From Basidiobolus meristosporus CBS 931.73 (taxonomy: Eukaryota > Fungi > Basidiobolomycota): 49,984 nt of DNA. The translations under genes were made by a program, and so were the position numbers. The notes beneath the pieces are model-generated. The model was given only the letters and a program-made list of their open reading frames with translations, was not told the DNA's origin and did not search any database. Location: contig MCFE01000647.1 of NCBI GenBank assembly GCA_002104905.1, positions 1 to 49,984 on the forward strand, read 5' to 3'. Of this stretch, positions 24,100-37,662 are shown one piece after another; positions within the stretch are counted from its first letter, which is position 1, and each line of letters starts with the position of its first letter.

Positions 24100-27000
24100 T
24101 CAGCCTCGGTTTCGCTGTCGATTTGGTGACCAGGAGCAATACTGCTTGAGAGTAGGCTCGATCTTCTCTTTGGTAACAATCTTGCTCAGAACGACATTGA
24201 ACAGGCCGGCTTGGGGAACATTTCGTTCGTAAGCAGTGACTGCTATAATCGGGGTGTCCTGGTTGAGGTTCTTCGTCGACTTGATCATTCGGGCTGCAGT
24301 GAAGCCGTCAACTAGTATGCAGCACTGTTAGCTGTATTCATTCGTGGACTCGTTGAATATTACTTACTTATCGGCATTTTGATATCCATGAAGATTATGT
24401 CGAATTTGACTTTACCCATACAGCATCGAATAGCTTCAGCACCGTTGTAGCATACAACAGAATTGCAGTGAAGCTTTTCCAGAATTCTTTCCAACAGCTT
24501 TGCGCTTATAGCATTGTCATCAACAATGAGGCAATTAAGGCTGGTGCGATTCTCGTTATTGCCATTTCTTGTCGTAGAGGCGTAGGTATTTTTATAGCTC
24601 GGGAAGCCGAGTCTACTAGAGGACGCCAAAGATGCGGTTCGGGGCCGGGATAAACTAAGCTGTCGTTTTGTGGACTCCCCAGGGATCTCCGATGGATTGC
24701 CCAGCTTTCCACACCAAGACATTCGAGAATTCGGAAGCGAGGAAGACATGGTGGCGTTAAAGGTTTTCATTAGTGAGGAGTTCAGCGCGCAAGGGACAGA
24801 AATGTTTCGCGAGCGTGTAGGGGGGATAGCCAGATTTTGCTCATCAGAGTCGGATCGTAAGTGAATCATACTATGCCGCTTGGCGGATCCAGCGATCGAA
24901 GGGTCGGATTTCAGTCTTCTAATAACATCATCGTTTGCTTTTGCCAATACCTCGAGGTTTTTGTACGAAAAATTCCCGAAGTCAACATTGTTGGGATCAG
25001 CTACATCAGACGGCAACGTGTGCACTACTGCACCACTTGTTTGATTGTGATGGGTTGGGTGCTGGCCATGATCTGGGCCTGTATCCGTGCTGAGTTCAGG
25101 ATGTTCGTCCGCGTCGAAATGGGCCATTAGTGCGCCCCTACCATCGAAGTAGTCGGTGTCTTCGATGCTCTCAGGCTGAGGAATAAACGCTGGTCGTTCA
25201 GTCAACAGTGTTTCCCAATCAATGCCTGCAAAAAATGGGTGACTCTTGACTTCGTCTACGCCGTTTGCTCCAAGTCTCTTCTCCACATCGGTGGACATTA
25301 ATCTCTCCATCAGGTCTCGCGCCTCAGGAGAAATATGTACTTGTCCTTCATACCAATCAATGCTTCGCGAAAGAATGTTCTCAAACACTTCCTCTGGTGA
25401 ATCAGCATTAAACGGCGGGATTCCGTAAAGAAACTCATACAGAATCACACCTAGCGCCCACTTGAAGAGATCGTTAGCGACTTGTGGAAGAAGAAGAGAT
25501 CGACTACTTACCCAATCCACCATGGCATCTTGCCCAGTTCCTAGAATACTTTCGGGTGCCAAGTAGTCCGGTGTACCGATGCAACTCTTAGGTACCTCCT
25601 CCTCCTTGATATTTTGGATGGCTTCATCAGTCAATAACAAGTTTCCCAGCGGGGTGCCCGGCGTCCCCGGAATGCTGATTCCACCAGATATACTGTCCGA
25701 GGTATTGCTTGTAATGGAGTTTCTGCGGCTTTCCAGGAAGGTTTGAACATGAAACTGATGCTGTGTTTGCGAAACCGTATTAGATGAATCAGAGCCTGAG
25801 GGATAGTCAAGGTAAGGAGACGATGGTCCATAAGAGTCGCGCTTTCCTCCATGGGTATTGACCTTCAGCGAGGTGGATTGATTGCGTGCACGTCTGTTTA
25901 AAAACCCAATTCTGGATAAGCCAAAGTCTGTAAGCTTGAGGTGGCCATTTTGATCGATAAGTAAGTTATCAGGTTTGAGATCCCTGTGCAATCTCGAAGT
26001 TAGTGACCTTAATCGGAGAGATCAAAAGCATATATTACTCACCGATGAACAATCCCTTTACCGTGAAGGTATTCTAGGCCAAGAACGACCTCGGCCAAAT
26101 AATTCCGCGCCCATTCTTCAGGTAGTTCCCCCATACCCTTGATCAACGCCGCACAATCCCCACCATTTAAATACTCCATAACAAGGTAAAGGTAATCCTT
26201 ACTTTGAAAAGTAAAATAAAGCTTCACGACAAATGGGGAATCTGTTTGCATGATCAATGCTTTTCGTTCGGCCTTCACATTCATAACTTGGTTTTTAGCA
26301 ATCATGTCGGACTTCTTCAAAACCTTGATGGCAAAGTATTCTCCGGTGGTCCGTTTCTTGGCGAGAAACACGGATCCAAATGCACCTTTGCTTATTGGCT
26401 TGATTATTTCAAAGTCCTTGATACTTATTTGGGCTGGACGAGGGCCGGGAGTAGAAGGGCCAAGAGTCGGGGAGTATGACATGCTGCTGGATAGACTATC
26501 TTGCCATAGTTTGGATGATTTCGGTGAGCCAAGAGGGGATTGAATACTATCCATCTCTTTCAGAGTTAGCCTTGGTCGTCTTGATGTTGTTCTGCCATGC
26601 TTGGGCAAGTTTGTTTCTACCGTCGACAGAGCATCACTTTTTACTTCAATGGATTGGTCGAGATTGAATTCCTCAATGTTTTGTTCATCGATTAGACCTC
26701 CATCCCATTCGAGCTTCATCTTGGCTTCCCACTGAGCTTCTGCTTTCTCTCCTTTTCGGATGACAGTGAGCATCTCCTGGGTTGCTTCTAGTTTTGCTTT
26801 GATAGAGGCTTGAATGTTCAGTAATAGCTGTTGAGTCCCAGGATCTTCAGTAGAAGGGGACCAGGCAGAGATCTCTTTCCAATTTTGCGCATCCTCTAAT
26901 GGTACGTCATTCTGGTAATCCATTGGCTTGATTGCTATCGTAAGGTCGAGAATATGCTTGGTAGATTTAAGGATCTCCAATGTGTTGTTTTCACTATCGA

Positions 27001-30000
27001 GGGTTCCTTGGATAGCGTTGCAGATTTCAAAGATTTCCGCGCGTGTCTCCTGAAGAGAGTCATCGCAAGTCTGCAATTTTCTTTCAACCTGATGTACCTC
27101 GGTACAGAGTTCAGAGTGAGCCTCAAAAAATAATGGAGAAACCATACGTTCACAAATATGACACAGAACATGCGGAGGAAGCGGTTGAAGCGGCATTGGA
27201 GATCCACTTTGTGAGCCACTTTCAGAGATGTATTCTAAATTCTTGAATTTTTCGTCTCTAGTCAAGTGGTCCCTTTCTACGTTAGGCGACCCGTCATTCT
27301 CGGGAGTGTCCATATCGTCAAAATCCTCACTCCCAATGTGACTCAACTCTGAATCCTTCCAAGTGTCTTCTTCGTGTTCGCTAACCGGCTGAATGACCCA
27401 AAGTGTATGCGAAGGCTCACCATTAATGTGATCAGAATACCCAAGGATCCCTTTTGCTTCCATTGTAGCCCAGCGCTGCGATTCCCTATCGCCATCTTTG
27501 TTTTTTTGCAGCAAAGAAAATCGAACCTCAATTGTCTGGGTGTCGTCGAATAAAAGTTGAGAGGTCGCGATCGAAAAGATGTTTGCATCACTCTCGGGCA
27601 GAAATTCCGCTATTGAGTGCCCTAGAAGTACGTAAGGATCTGACCTATTTATACGCAAGCAAATGATAAGTCTGACTTTCCGAACCAAATAGAAATACCT
27701 GAATACACTATACCCCATGAGGTCCTTCCAAGCCGGACTTAAATAGCGAAGTTGAGCATCATTGAGTGTTAGCTCCATAACAATGCTCACACCTTGGCCT
27801 TCTTCCACCACTTTTCGAAGCTCATTAATATCATTCTTGGTTTTGTTCGTGTCAGATCTAGTGTTCTTTGCCCGCCGCCGCTTCTGCTTTGGCTTTGTGT
27901 CCTTTAGGGAACTCTTCGATTTTTCCACTGTGGCCTCTTTTGCCTTGTCGACGAGACTCCCATCCGGTTTAGCATACTCCTTTTCCAGTTTCTCTGCCTC
28001 TCGGAGTTGAATGCTAATATTCAAGTATCCCATGAGAGTCAGCAATCGAGAGAACATCTCTTTATGAGGCCAGTTATTCTTGAACCACTGAATCTGGATT
28101 TTGGTCATGATATTGATATAATTCTCCATTTTCCCTTTGGTCAATTTCGATTGATCTATGTCGTGGATGTCTTGGCCGATTGAAATGAAATCCATTGCCT
28201 TCTGCAAAAACGGAGTTGGGCAAAAAGAGTCCTCTGCGATTGGAACGACAACCGAACTGCGTCGCTGTAGTGGGAATGGCGCAAGATTATCGTGAGTAAA
28301 TCGATTCTCGGAGTTTGACGGCCAAAGCTGAGCTGGATGAACTGACGCATTACTAATTAGGCATCAAAACCAATGCAGTGATACAAACTCACCATTATCG
28401 GATGCAAGGCTGCCCCGAGGATGTAACAAAGTGTCAATCTCAGTGTCATGGGGTTTATCTTCTGTAATCCCAAGTGTTTCCATAGCTATAGACCTCGAAT
28501 GAGACGCTATCCGAGACTCATATTCCATTGATGAGGTTTCCTTGGGAGATGTGGATAAAATACGTAAACCAGCTTTCTCGTCGTCATCAGCGTGCACAGA
28601 TATGGTCGGGGTTGAAGCAAAAGAGCGTGCCTCTCTCCCACTCAAATTGCCATCACTCTCAACATCGTTTAAACCTTCTGAAGCTTGGATATAATTTACG
28701 AGTTGATCGTCATAACTGTCATTTGATAGAGCATCGGCGTCATCTTCCTCCTCAACATAATTCAATGTTCCTTCAACAAACTGATTCAGAATCTCAATAA
28801 TCTCCCTGATCAATTGATCGCATTGTTTTTTGCGATATCGAATATCCTTCTCAAGGTTTCGCTTGGTCACCTCCGAAGGGAGCGAGGAAAGCTTGAAGAC
28901 TTTCCCGCTCCCAGTAGACGAACATCCTGAATACGAAACGGCCCGGGACATAGGCACAAGCTCAGGCAAGTGATCAAAAACATGCCGCTTCTTAGAATTG
29001 CCTCTCTGATGGGTCTTCTTTGTAGTGGAAGTCAGCGGAATTGGGTGAAGATGTAATCGCTTGTTGCGCTGAAACTCCTCGTACGTTGCAGGAAGATCGA
29101 AATTCATTGGCGTTTCCAAAAGCTCGTAGCATATATCAACAACTTGATTCCACCATATCAAATACTCTCTATTTCTCTTGTAAGTATCCAAAGGGCGATC
29201 ATAGCCATCAGCTAAAGGCGGATTATATATCCAATTGAACCAATGTGTCTCTGCAGAAGGTCTATGTTTCGACCAGTCTTTTGCTTTCGCAACTCTTGAT
29301 CGATACAACTTACTAGCATATGAATATGCAGTTGATTGAAATAATGAGGATGATGTGTGATATTCTTCAGGATAGTGATGCTTGGTGTCGCTTGTAGGGG
29401 AGCTCGGCTCCGATGTCGTGTAGGCATAGGTAGATGGTGGGTATATCGGCTGCACCACGTTAATAAGCTCTGGCTTTGATGGATGGTTGTCTCTCACTTT
29501 CTGGCCCTCAGTACCTATCCTCTTTATGGTATTGATATTTTCGATTCCAAGTGCGTTTTTACCCCACGATTTTGTGATGTTGTCAGTGAATGCCTTTGTT
29601 GGTTGAAAACGGTTGAATTTCACATTGCTAACGGATAACACCCGACGATGTCTTGTTTTTGGAAGCTCCAGGGGAGGTGATCTTACGCTAGGGAGCCTCA
29701 TGTTCCCTTGTGACATGTAGCTATCATCAGCGAAGTTGGCATCGATGAGTGAGGCGCGTTTAGACTTGACTAAGTATCTTCCACTAAAAGCTGAGGAGGA
29801 GCTTGCTGAATTGGTCGATGTCAGTGCTAGAGGGGATGTAGGGACACTTCCCCATTCGCTGGGAGAGCCTTCTCCGTTGTATGACGCAGTACGAGTTCTT
29901 CTCCATGAGAAATCAGAGTCATTTGAGCCAAGACCTGCATCTTGCGGCTTACGTACATTCTCGGTATATTTATTGACATTCATAACAGTATCTATTAAAG

Positions 30001-31378
30001 AGGATCTTCGAGATCGGGTCCATCCCCTTCCATTAGCTAGAGGGTTGAATACTTTTGACGATAAGCGATTCGAGCCGTGGTCCTCCTCGAAATAATTCCC
30101 GTCAGTCACGATAGAAGTAGGCCGCGAAGATGTGGATAGGCGATTGGGAGTAGCCAATGGTGACCCGTGAGATCTTGGAGAGTTTGTCTTTTCCGTAAAG
30201 CTGAACTCTCCAGAGCCAGCAGACGACGAGGAACGACTAAGAGGACGGACGAGCAAAGGCTCAGGTATTGGGACGCACCTGATTTTAGCGCTGTCTGGTA
30301 CAGGTGTTAGTGAGAGTTTGGGTGAAGATGAGAGCGAGTCTGTAGCATCAGCTCTATCACTTTCTGGCTTCCTCCCTATTCTCGAATGACTATCAGCAGC
30401 CCTCTTTAAAGATTCTATACTTACTGGTGCTGACGGCAATGTTGAATCAGACAACCAGGGAAAATATTCTCCATGATGAACCTTTGTTGGGTCCCCAGAC
30501 TTTTCTGGCATGCTCTTAGCATTTGAGGTGGGTTTTCCGTTAAAAGGAGAGGATTCAGCCTGAGTGTCTGATTGCCCTTTGAGTATGTCTGAATGCTCAT
30601 AAGGACGAGTAGGAAAATATTCATGATCTGACAAGGGATCAGGTGCCAACTCGTTCTTGCCAGGAGTGTCATTGAACCTGCTACTTCCAGCTAGAAAAGA
30701 AAGGGAATCGACAATCTGCTTGGTATCTCCAGCGTGCATGCTAGGAACTGATGTAGTTGTCATCGAGGTGGTGGGCTGCGCTACCAGAATATCATTCTGC
30801 TTGTCAATGAGCTTGGGCTTTTTGAAGTCCTCATAATTATCAGAAGGTAAAGGTCCGGGGGACGGTAGAGGTGACAATTCTTGACCGCTCTGCTCCTCTT
30901 CATCGAGACTTAGCTTCGACCCGAGAAATGACATACTGGCTTTGTCTGTCAAGTGAGTTTCCGATTTGGAGATTCCAACTGGATTCAATAAAGTGGGCTG
31001 TAAGCTATTGTCTTCAATATCGTCGCTCTGCTTTCCAGTGGAAACATTTCTGCTGGAATAGGAGCCAGATTTGAAGAAATTCTGTAAGCCAGTAACTAGG
31101 CCGCTTTTTTTGGGACTGCTAAGTTTCTTTGGATCTATCTCTTTCTCTTTGTCAGCCTTGCTGAATTGCTTGGAGCCCAATTTTCCCAAGAAGCCGGTGG
31201 AAGATTTTGGTTTACTCTTTTTGGGTGACTTTGAGGGAGCCGAATCATGTGTGGGGTCGTTGGCTTGTGAGTTGGGTGCCCATATTGCATCAGGTTTTGC
31301 CGCCAATAGGTCCGGGGTTGATTTGCTCTTGGTTTCAAGATTGGCAGGAGTGTCAAATGGTGGCTCAGGAGATGACAT
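24100..31378 (-). CDS. RIM15: Rim15/Cek1-like AGC kinase with PAS, C2HC zinc finger, split kinase domain and C-terminal receiver (~2330 aa, 6 exons)
   Basis: ISKGAFGSVF, YFAIKVL, HR/DLKPDN, DFGLS, a long insert, GTPDYLAPE, DW/WALG; CHICE...H..C finger; REC IVDDN...FMDIKMP. Introns 28392-28342, 27713-27645, 26042-25984, 25511-25461 and 24367-24312 join four track ORFs in frame. Confidence 0.9.
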
Positions 31379-34300
31379 TATAATCAATATAGATATATGC
31401 AAAGGTTCGAGTTTGATAGGATACAGTAGTAGAGTAGGAGGCAGCTCTTAAAGCACAGAAAGAATATGGGAACCACAGTAGGTGATGTAGATGTATTGGA
31501 ATAAACCAGGTTTATAGGAGAATAGCAAGGGACATCTTTCTTTGGGAACTTCGCTGTCTACCTCTTGGAAGGCCTCGAAGAGTTGAGTTCAACCAATCAA
31601 AAGAATACGTGATTACCAACGCCAGAAATAACTTGCAAAGTAGACTAAGTAGCAGAAGATATACCTTTGAGGATACCAAGAGAAAATCGAATATAAGGGA
31701 CTTGACAACACTGAATAATAGGCAAGCGAAGGCTCTGAAATAAAACGAACCCTAAGGGGAGGTCACCTAGCAATCAATTGATTGATAGAATAGAGCCAGG
31801 GAGCAGGCCTACAGAAATATCGAGGATGACCAAGCATGTCAGCGGGCATTTAACATGAGCAAAACATAGATCTATCGAATGATTTCCATATTTGGCCGGA
31901 ACATAGGATATTATGAAATATATTAGATAGTTGTGTTCATCAAGAAACCGTTTGACATCGACAGTATTATTCTTCAATTTCAATTTCCTGTGAAATCAAA
32001 TATCTACAATTGCACCAGCATATCTATACAGCCCTGGCCATCATATCCTCATTATCTAAGGCTGCACCCAGCCTTCATGACGAGCCTGGACGAAGGTCGA
32101 AGCAGGCGAACTGGATTACTGGGACGCCATGGCGCACCACAACAAACGTACATTTGGGGAGAGTTGATGGTTGCGTGACTGGTTCCTCCCGGTGCAGCAA
32201 TCCATCTGGGTTACGTTGTAGTGAGGACTCTGCGCAAGAATCGGGGCTGTGTACATGTTGCCACTGATATTTGCAAGAATAGGAGAAACAAATAGGGAGA
32301 TTAGATCAAGGTGACTGGAATCTGACCGGATCTTGGTCATGGGAAATCAGAGCAGCCGGTAGTTAGCTGACGAAACTCATGGCCAGTTGTTTGAGTCATA
32401 CGCTTCCTCTTGACACGATTGATTCAAAAACAATTGAAGTTGATTAGTTAAATTAGGAACATTCTACTGGATCAGTCGGCCTATTTGCTAGTAAACTGAG
32501 GCTTGACACTACTGCGTTGATAGGGCTGAGATTCCCAACCTTTCCCCCACTCAACTATTACATGAATGCTGCACTCTGTAGTAAATATCCGCACCATAGT
32601 GGATACATACAGCAATCTCATCGATACACTTGAGAGCAATTGCCCATGTTTTTACTGGGTCAGGGTCGTTACAGATGCCCTGGATATGCAGGTCATTGGT
32701 GTGCGCTGATATGTACTACGCATTGTGACTTTTGGGGAGAATCAATACACTGATGCACTGTGCCCGGGGTATATGCCATCCAGCGGGATCGTAATCCCCA
32801 AATCATCGAGTACTCAGTTGAGGATCATGCTAATGTTGAATCCGACCTAACCAGCTGTGTTTGCACAACTCATTCTGACGCAGCCAAGCTTGTTTTTCTG
32901 CTACATGATGGGCAAATCTTCCCACGTCCAACGGTTAACTTACCAGCCATAGGGTATACGCGACAGACTGACTCCCGCCATTAGGGAGGCTATCTCTTTT
33001 TGTGGCCAGTTACGATCAAGATTGTTCAGGAATTGGGCAATGCTGAGATCCCAGGATCAGCCGACCCAGGGTGTAGCAAAGAGCATTGTTGATCGTCCAG
33101 AATCCACCATATTCTCCCAAAATATCCATACCCTTTGGGAGGCTGGCGACAAGTTGGTTATTATTGTGGTCTCCGGGGCCATTGCCATTTCAATCTAATC
33201 CTCCTTCTACGTGAACTTTGCATTCCTGTTCTAATTTCCCAAGATTCAACCAAAAGATTCCTGATCTCCCAGCATGTTGGGTGATACGATTCATGGGCAA
33301 TGGATTCAGAATCCTCTCTTTGGGTTGAAATAATTAAACTACTGTCATTTCCAAAATAAGCATGATTGTTGTATTGATTTGGTATTGAAATTGGCAGTCC
33401 CATTTACAGAGACATTTTCTCCATTATAATTGGACAGAATATTGCTTTAATGTTCCTGACAAAACTATTGTAGCTCTATTACACTCCATCAAACTTGGCA
33501 TTTGTCGCGGTGGCTGTACTTGGGTTTTTACGGATCTATTCAGAAATAGGGACATTTTGTTGCGTATCGGGTATTCCGACACTTGAAATTGCTTGCCGCA
33601 CGTGAGATCAGCAAGAAGGATTTGAGGCAATGTTCTCTACCTCCTATTTTCGCATCAGGACTAATGTTAGTTCCTTCACTTGACAACAGTTTGCTGCAAG
33701 ATAACAGACTAACGACCATTAATGTATACATTGGAGCCTGGAATAGTGTTGTTTTCGTGGCTTATGTAATGATAGATTTGTACATTCTATTTTATTCCTA
33801 TTAATCCAGAATCGATTCTACACTGGGGAGGGGGACGGCGATAGGGCCCCGGATTGCCCACTGATTTGCTCGTTACTGGCCGCAGATGGTGATGAACATT
33901 TGGAGAGACGAGGAGTTGATTTGCCTTGGCAGTTTAAATATGTAAAACCCCCAATCTTGCCTAGTGATAGTTCAGCGGTGATTTTTTCTGCTCTGAAATC
34001 TCATAATATCGATACCTCACGTGTTAATCTGCTACATCCATACCATGTGTGTTGGTTCGAGGATTGAGTCTGTATCACCTATGGACAACACATGAGTACA
34101 TCCTGGGCATAATGCAATGGTGGAATGCCTCAAAAGATGTAGATGTGATATCTGGCCTCATGACTATACAATGAGGAAGGGTGACTCATTTGTCTTAAGC
34201 TAACGATGACACAAAGAGGTTACCAATTGTTAACAAAAATCACTATGAATGACTAACACCTGGCCTTATTGATTGGTATCATCTTCGAGTAAGGTGGGCT

Positions 34301-34707
34301 TGAGTTCTAGCACTGGTATCGAGATCGGCATTTTTCTTGTTGGCGCTACTTCGGGCATTGGTGCACACTGTGGTTGCTTCACATGATGCTTCGAGTTCTT
34401 ATCTATCCATCAATCAATAGATTCCCATACTTCATTTTTATGAGCATTTTATTCATGTTCGTCTTCAGGGGATATTCATCTATATTATAGTGTCGATTCT
34501 TTAAAATTGAATCTTAGTACTATTTGCTTGCCATTCACATGAATTGATCAGAATTAATAGTATATCTATCAATCCAAAGCGTTGTTCTATTCTTGTACAA
34601 TATACTCAGTTTGCTTCTTTTTGGCGAGGCTCTTCCGGTTATTTAGCTCAGTCATTGCTAACAAGGTATAAGCACTACAGTTCCCAAAGCGCTTAACCCA
34701 GAACATC

Positions 34708-36051
34708 ATGAACCTTATTCATCACACTATCTTTACTACTTCAAGACAGATACGAAATCCTGTAATTGCTCTATTACTGCATCAATTTTGACAGACAGAA
34801 CTAACGCGCCCTTTGCATATTTACAAATAGCAGACAAATTTCGGAAACCTCAGGAGATATTACAATAATGCAACGAATCAGGCCCATTTCTACAACAACA
34901 GAGTTCTCGATAAGTACCTTGTGCAACCCACAAGAAAGCTAACTCTACGGCAATTGGTGTTCTATGGACGTCACTTAACGGAAGATCGAGTTATTAACAG
35001 CGGTAACTATGTTAGAACCGAATTGCCTGTGAGAATAGCACACAGAATAAGGGATATGCAGAATCTCCCATTTATCACTGCTACCAATCCTCACTTGGAG
35101 ACCGTGTACAACCTATATTGGCACGCATTTGATAAATTTCGTAAAGTTCCCAAGATACAAAATATGAACGAAAACCGTCAATTCTGCGAGCTTCTAAAGT
35201 CCCTTTTAGAAGAGCATTTATCAGTAATTCCAAAGTTGGCAATGTTCTGTTCTGAAAGCTCTCAATATTTGGCACAGCAGCAATTGGATCAATTTATGAA
35301 TGAAATCCTTCGTTCGCGTATCTCCCGCCGTGTTCTTGCAGAGCAGCATATAGCTATATCGGATGCTCTGGAAAACCAAGACTTTGCCTTCCAAGACGAT
35401 CATATAGGGATTGTGAGTCCTCGCTGCGCAGCCAGCGAAATTGTTAAAAAATGCGCGGACTTGGCCAGATCAGAGCTTCAGAAAGCGCATGGCACCGTTC
35501 CGAGAGTGCGCATTGATGGCCATGTCGACACCATATTCCCCTATATTCCTGACCATGTTGAATACATTGTGCATGAGCTTCTCAAGAACTCCATCGCTGC
35601 GGTCATTAAGAAGCACGGTTTCAGCAAGACGCTCCCCGATATAGTGGTCACCATCTGTGAAGGGGAAAAAGATGTAATCTTCCGTGTGTCTGACGAGGGC
35701 GGCGGCATTAATCAAGAAGAGCTGCCAAAGATATGGTCGTACGGGAGCAACAAGCACAAAGCCGCCAATTTTGAGAAGGTCCCGAAAATGGCAGCCAAGA
35801 TGACGGAAAGTAGCAGGACTGTCCCACCTCTTCTGCAGCTTGGTATTGGCTTACCTATGTCGAAAGTATATGCTAACTATTGGGGTGGGGATCTGGAGAT
35901 GAGCACCATGGAAGGGTTTGGTACAGACGCCTATCTTCATCTTTGTAAGTTGGGTAATCTGCCCGAAAACATAGACTTCGATCCAGTTGAGGGCTCCACA
36001 ACCGCCCACAAATCCAAACGAAAGGCAATGGCAATACCTGCATATAGATGA
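34708..36051 (+). CDS. Mitochondrial alpha-ketoacid dehydrogenase kinase (PDK/BCKDK family), ~424 aa, 2 exons
   Basis: ELPVRIAHR, HELLKNS (N box), RVSDEGGGI (G1), GIGLPMS..YA.YWGG and EGFGTDAY (G2). Upstream exon 34708-34761 plus intron 34762-34830 adds an Arg/Thr-rich presequence-like N-terminus. Confidence 0.92.
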
Positions 36052-36652
36052 AAGTCCAGTCGCCAGGCCAAAGCTTCAACGACTATAGAGATGAGTTTTG
36101 AAGATGATCCATGCGCAGCAATCGCCTGTACGATATCAAGATTGAATGCTTCTCACTACGCTCATCCTATACGTGCATTTTTGTACTTTTATTCTGAATA
36201 TTGCAACCAGCGGATTGCCGATATATGCTTCAGCCGTCTTGATAACATCATCGACCTACTCACCTTTAATAAAGTCGCGTGCTCGTTTGGTGTGAGCCAA
36301 AGGAAACATGTCTGTAGCAATGACAAAGGATTAGATCCAGTGATGCGAGCATTGAATAGCACTTTGATAAAGCAAATCGTCGACTTGTCTTAAAATATAG
36401 TACAATATGCTGGCTGGAAAACATACTACGTACATCTCATCATATTGGTATCTACTGCGCTCTTATTTGAGCGTAGCTTGGGTACACTGCAACGTCAGGG
36501 CTCTAGTGACGTATCAACAGGTAATCCTGTCTGGTTGATACGTAATATTGCTGCAACAAGGCGGAGATGCAGCCAATCATCGAGTACAGGCTACCAGCTC
36601 GGCAGCTATATATATCATGATGGTGCACCCGCAAAGAGTGTAGGAAATTGCG

Positions 36653-37662
36653 ATGAGTTTTAAGCGCGCCACTTCATTCGATTATTCTTTCAGAAGACAT
36701 TTGGATGTATTCACATACAGAGGAACGGCAATACCCAAGATCATAGCAAATGTCTGTGTCTTTACTACATATACTATGCTTTTGGCAACCAGCATAACGC
36801 CGCGTAACTACTGGAGCTTAATGAGCACCAGTATAATATCTGTATTATCCATGGTAACAGGGCTTCTTTTGGCCTTCCGGTTGAATAATGCCTATGAGAG
36901 ATATGCTAGTGGTAGGCCAAGCTGACAACAACATTTGCATACACGTAGTGCTAACCTCCCCGCTTGTTAGGCCGTATCCAATGGAGCACACTCACTACTA
37001 CTATCAGGAACTTTACACGCATGATCTGGTTTTTCACTCCTCAAGGCGCACCTACCCCTGTAGATTCCACCATAAAATCAACGCTCATGCGGATGCTGGT
37101 TGGATTCGCGGTGGCAGTCAAGCATCACCTTCGCCAGGAATCCGGACTGGATCACCCAGATCTGCAAAGCCTGTTGCCAAGCTCGGCCACTAGCATTAAA
37201 AAATCACACTCCACTCGCGCCAACCAAAACGCACCTCTGGAAGTGAGCTATATGATCACCATTTATCTTCGCCAGCTCCATCAGCAGAACCAGATTGACA
37301 ATGGACAACTGGCCAGCATGAATGGCTTTCTTAATTCGATGGTGTCCAATTTAGGTGAAATGGAGAGAATCTTAACCACACCGATTCCGCGCTCATACTA
37401 CCTGCATTTAAAGCAAATCCTAACTCTATATTGCTTGGCCCTACCACCCACCCTGGTCCTTCAGCTGGGCTTCTGGGCTGTGCCGGTGATGGCCATTGCG
37501 TCATTTACTTTCTTTGGCATAGAGAAAATTAGCTCTGAAATAGAAAATCCCTTTGGCCACGACCCCAACGACTTGCCGTTAGACCATCTCTGTGCCGAAC
37601 TTAAGATGGAGCTTGAAAATTTAATCTCTAAGGATTCTGTCGACTCCATTCAATGGAATTAG
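36653..37662 (+). CDS. Bestrophin-family (YneE/UPF0187-like) anion channel, 316 aa, 2 exons
   Basis: GLLLAFRLNNAYERY, ERILTTPIP, GIEKISSEIENPFGHDPNDLPLD; intron 36912-36970. Confidence 0.92.

Noticed and set aside
31500-34600. Several 60-85 aa ORFs in the long divergent intergenic region between the two kinase genes
   Set aside because: No motifs, splice-consistent models or repeats recognised; no tRNA or rRNA signatures found.
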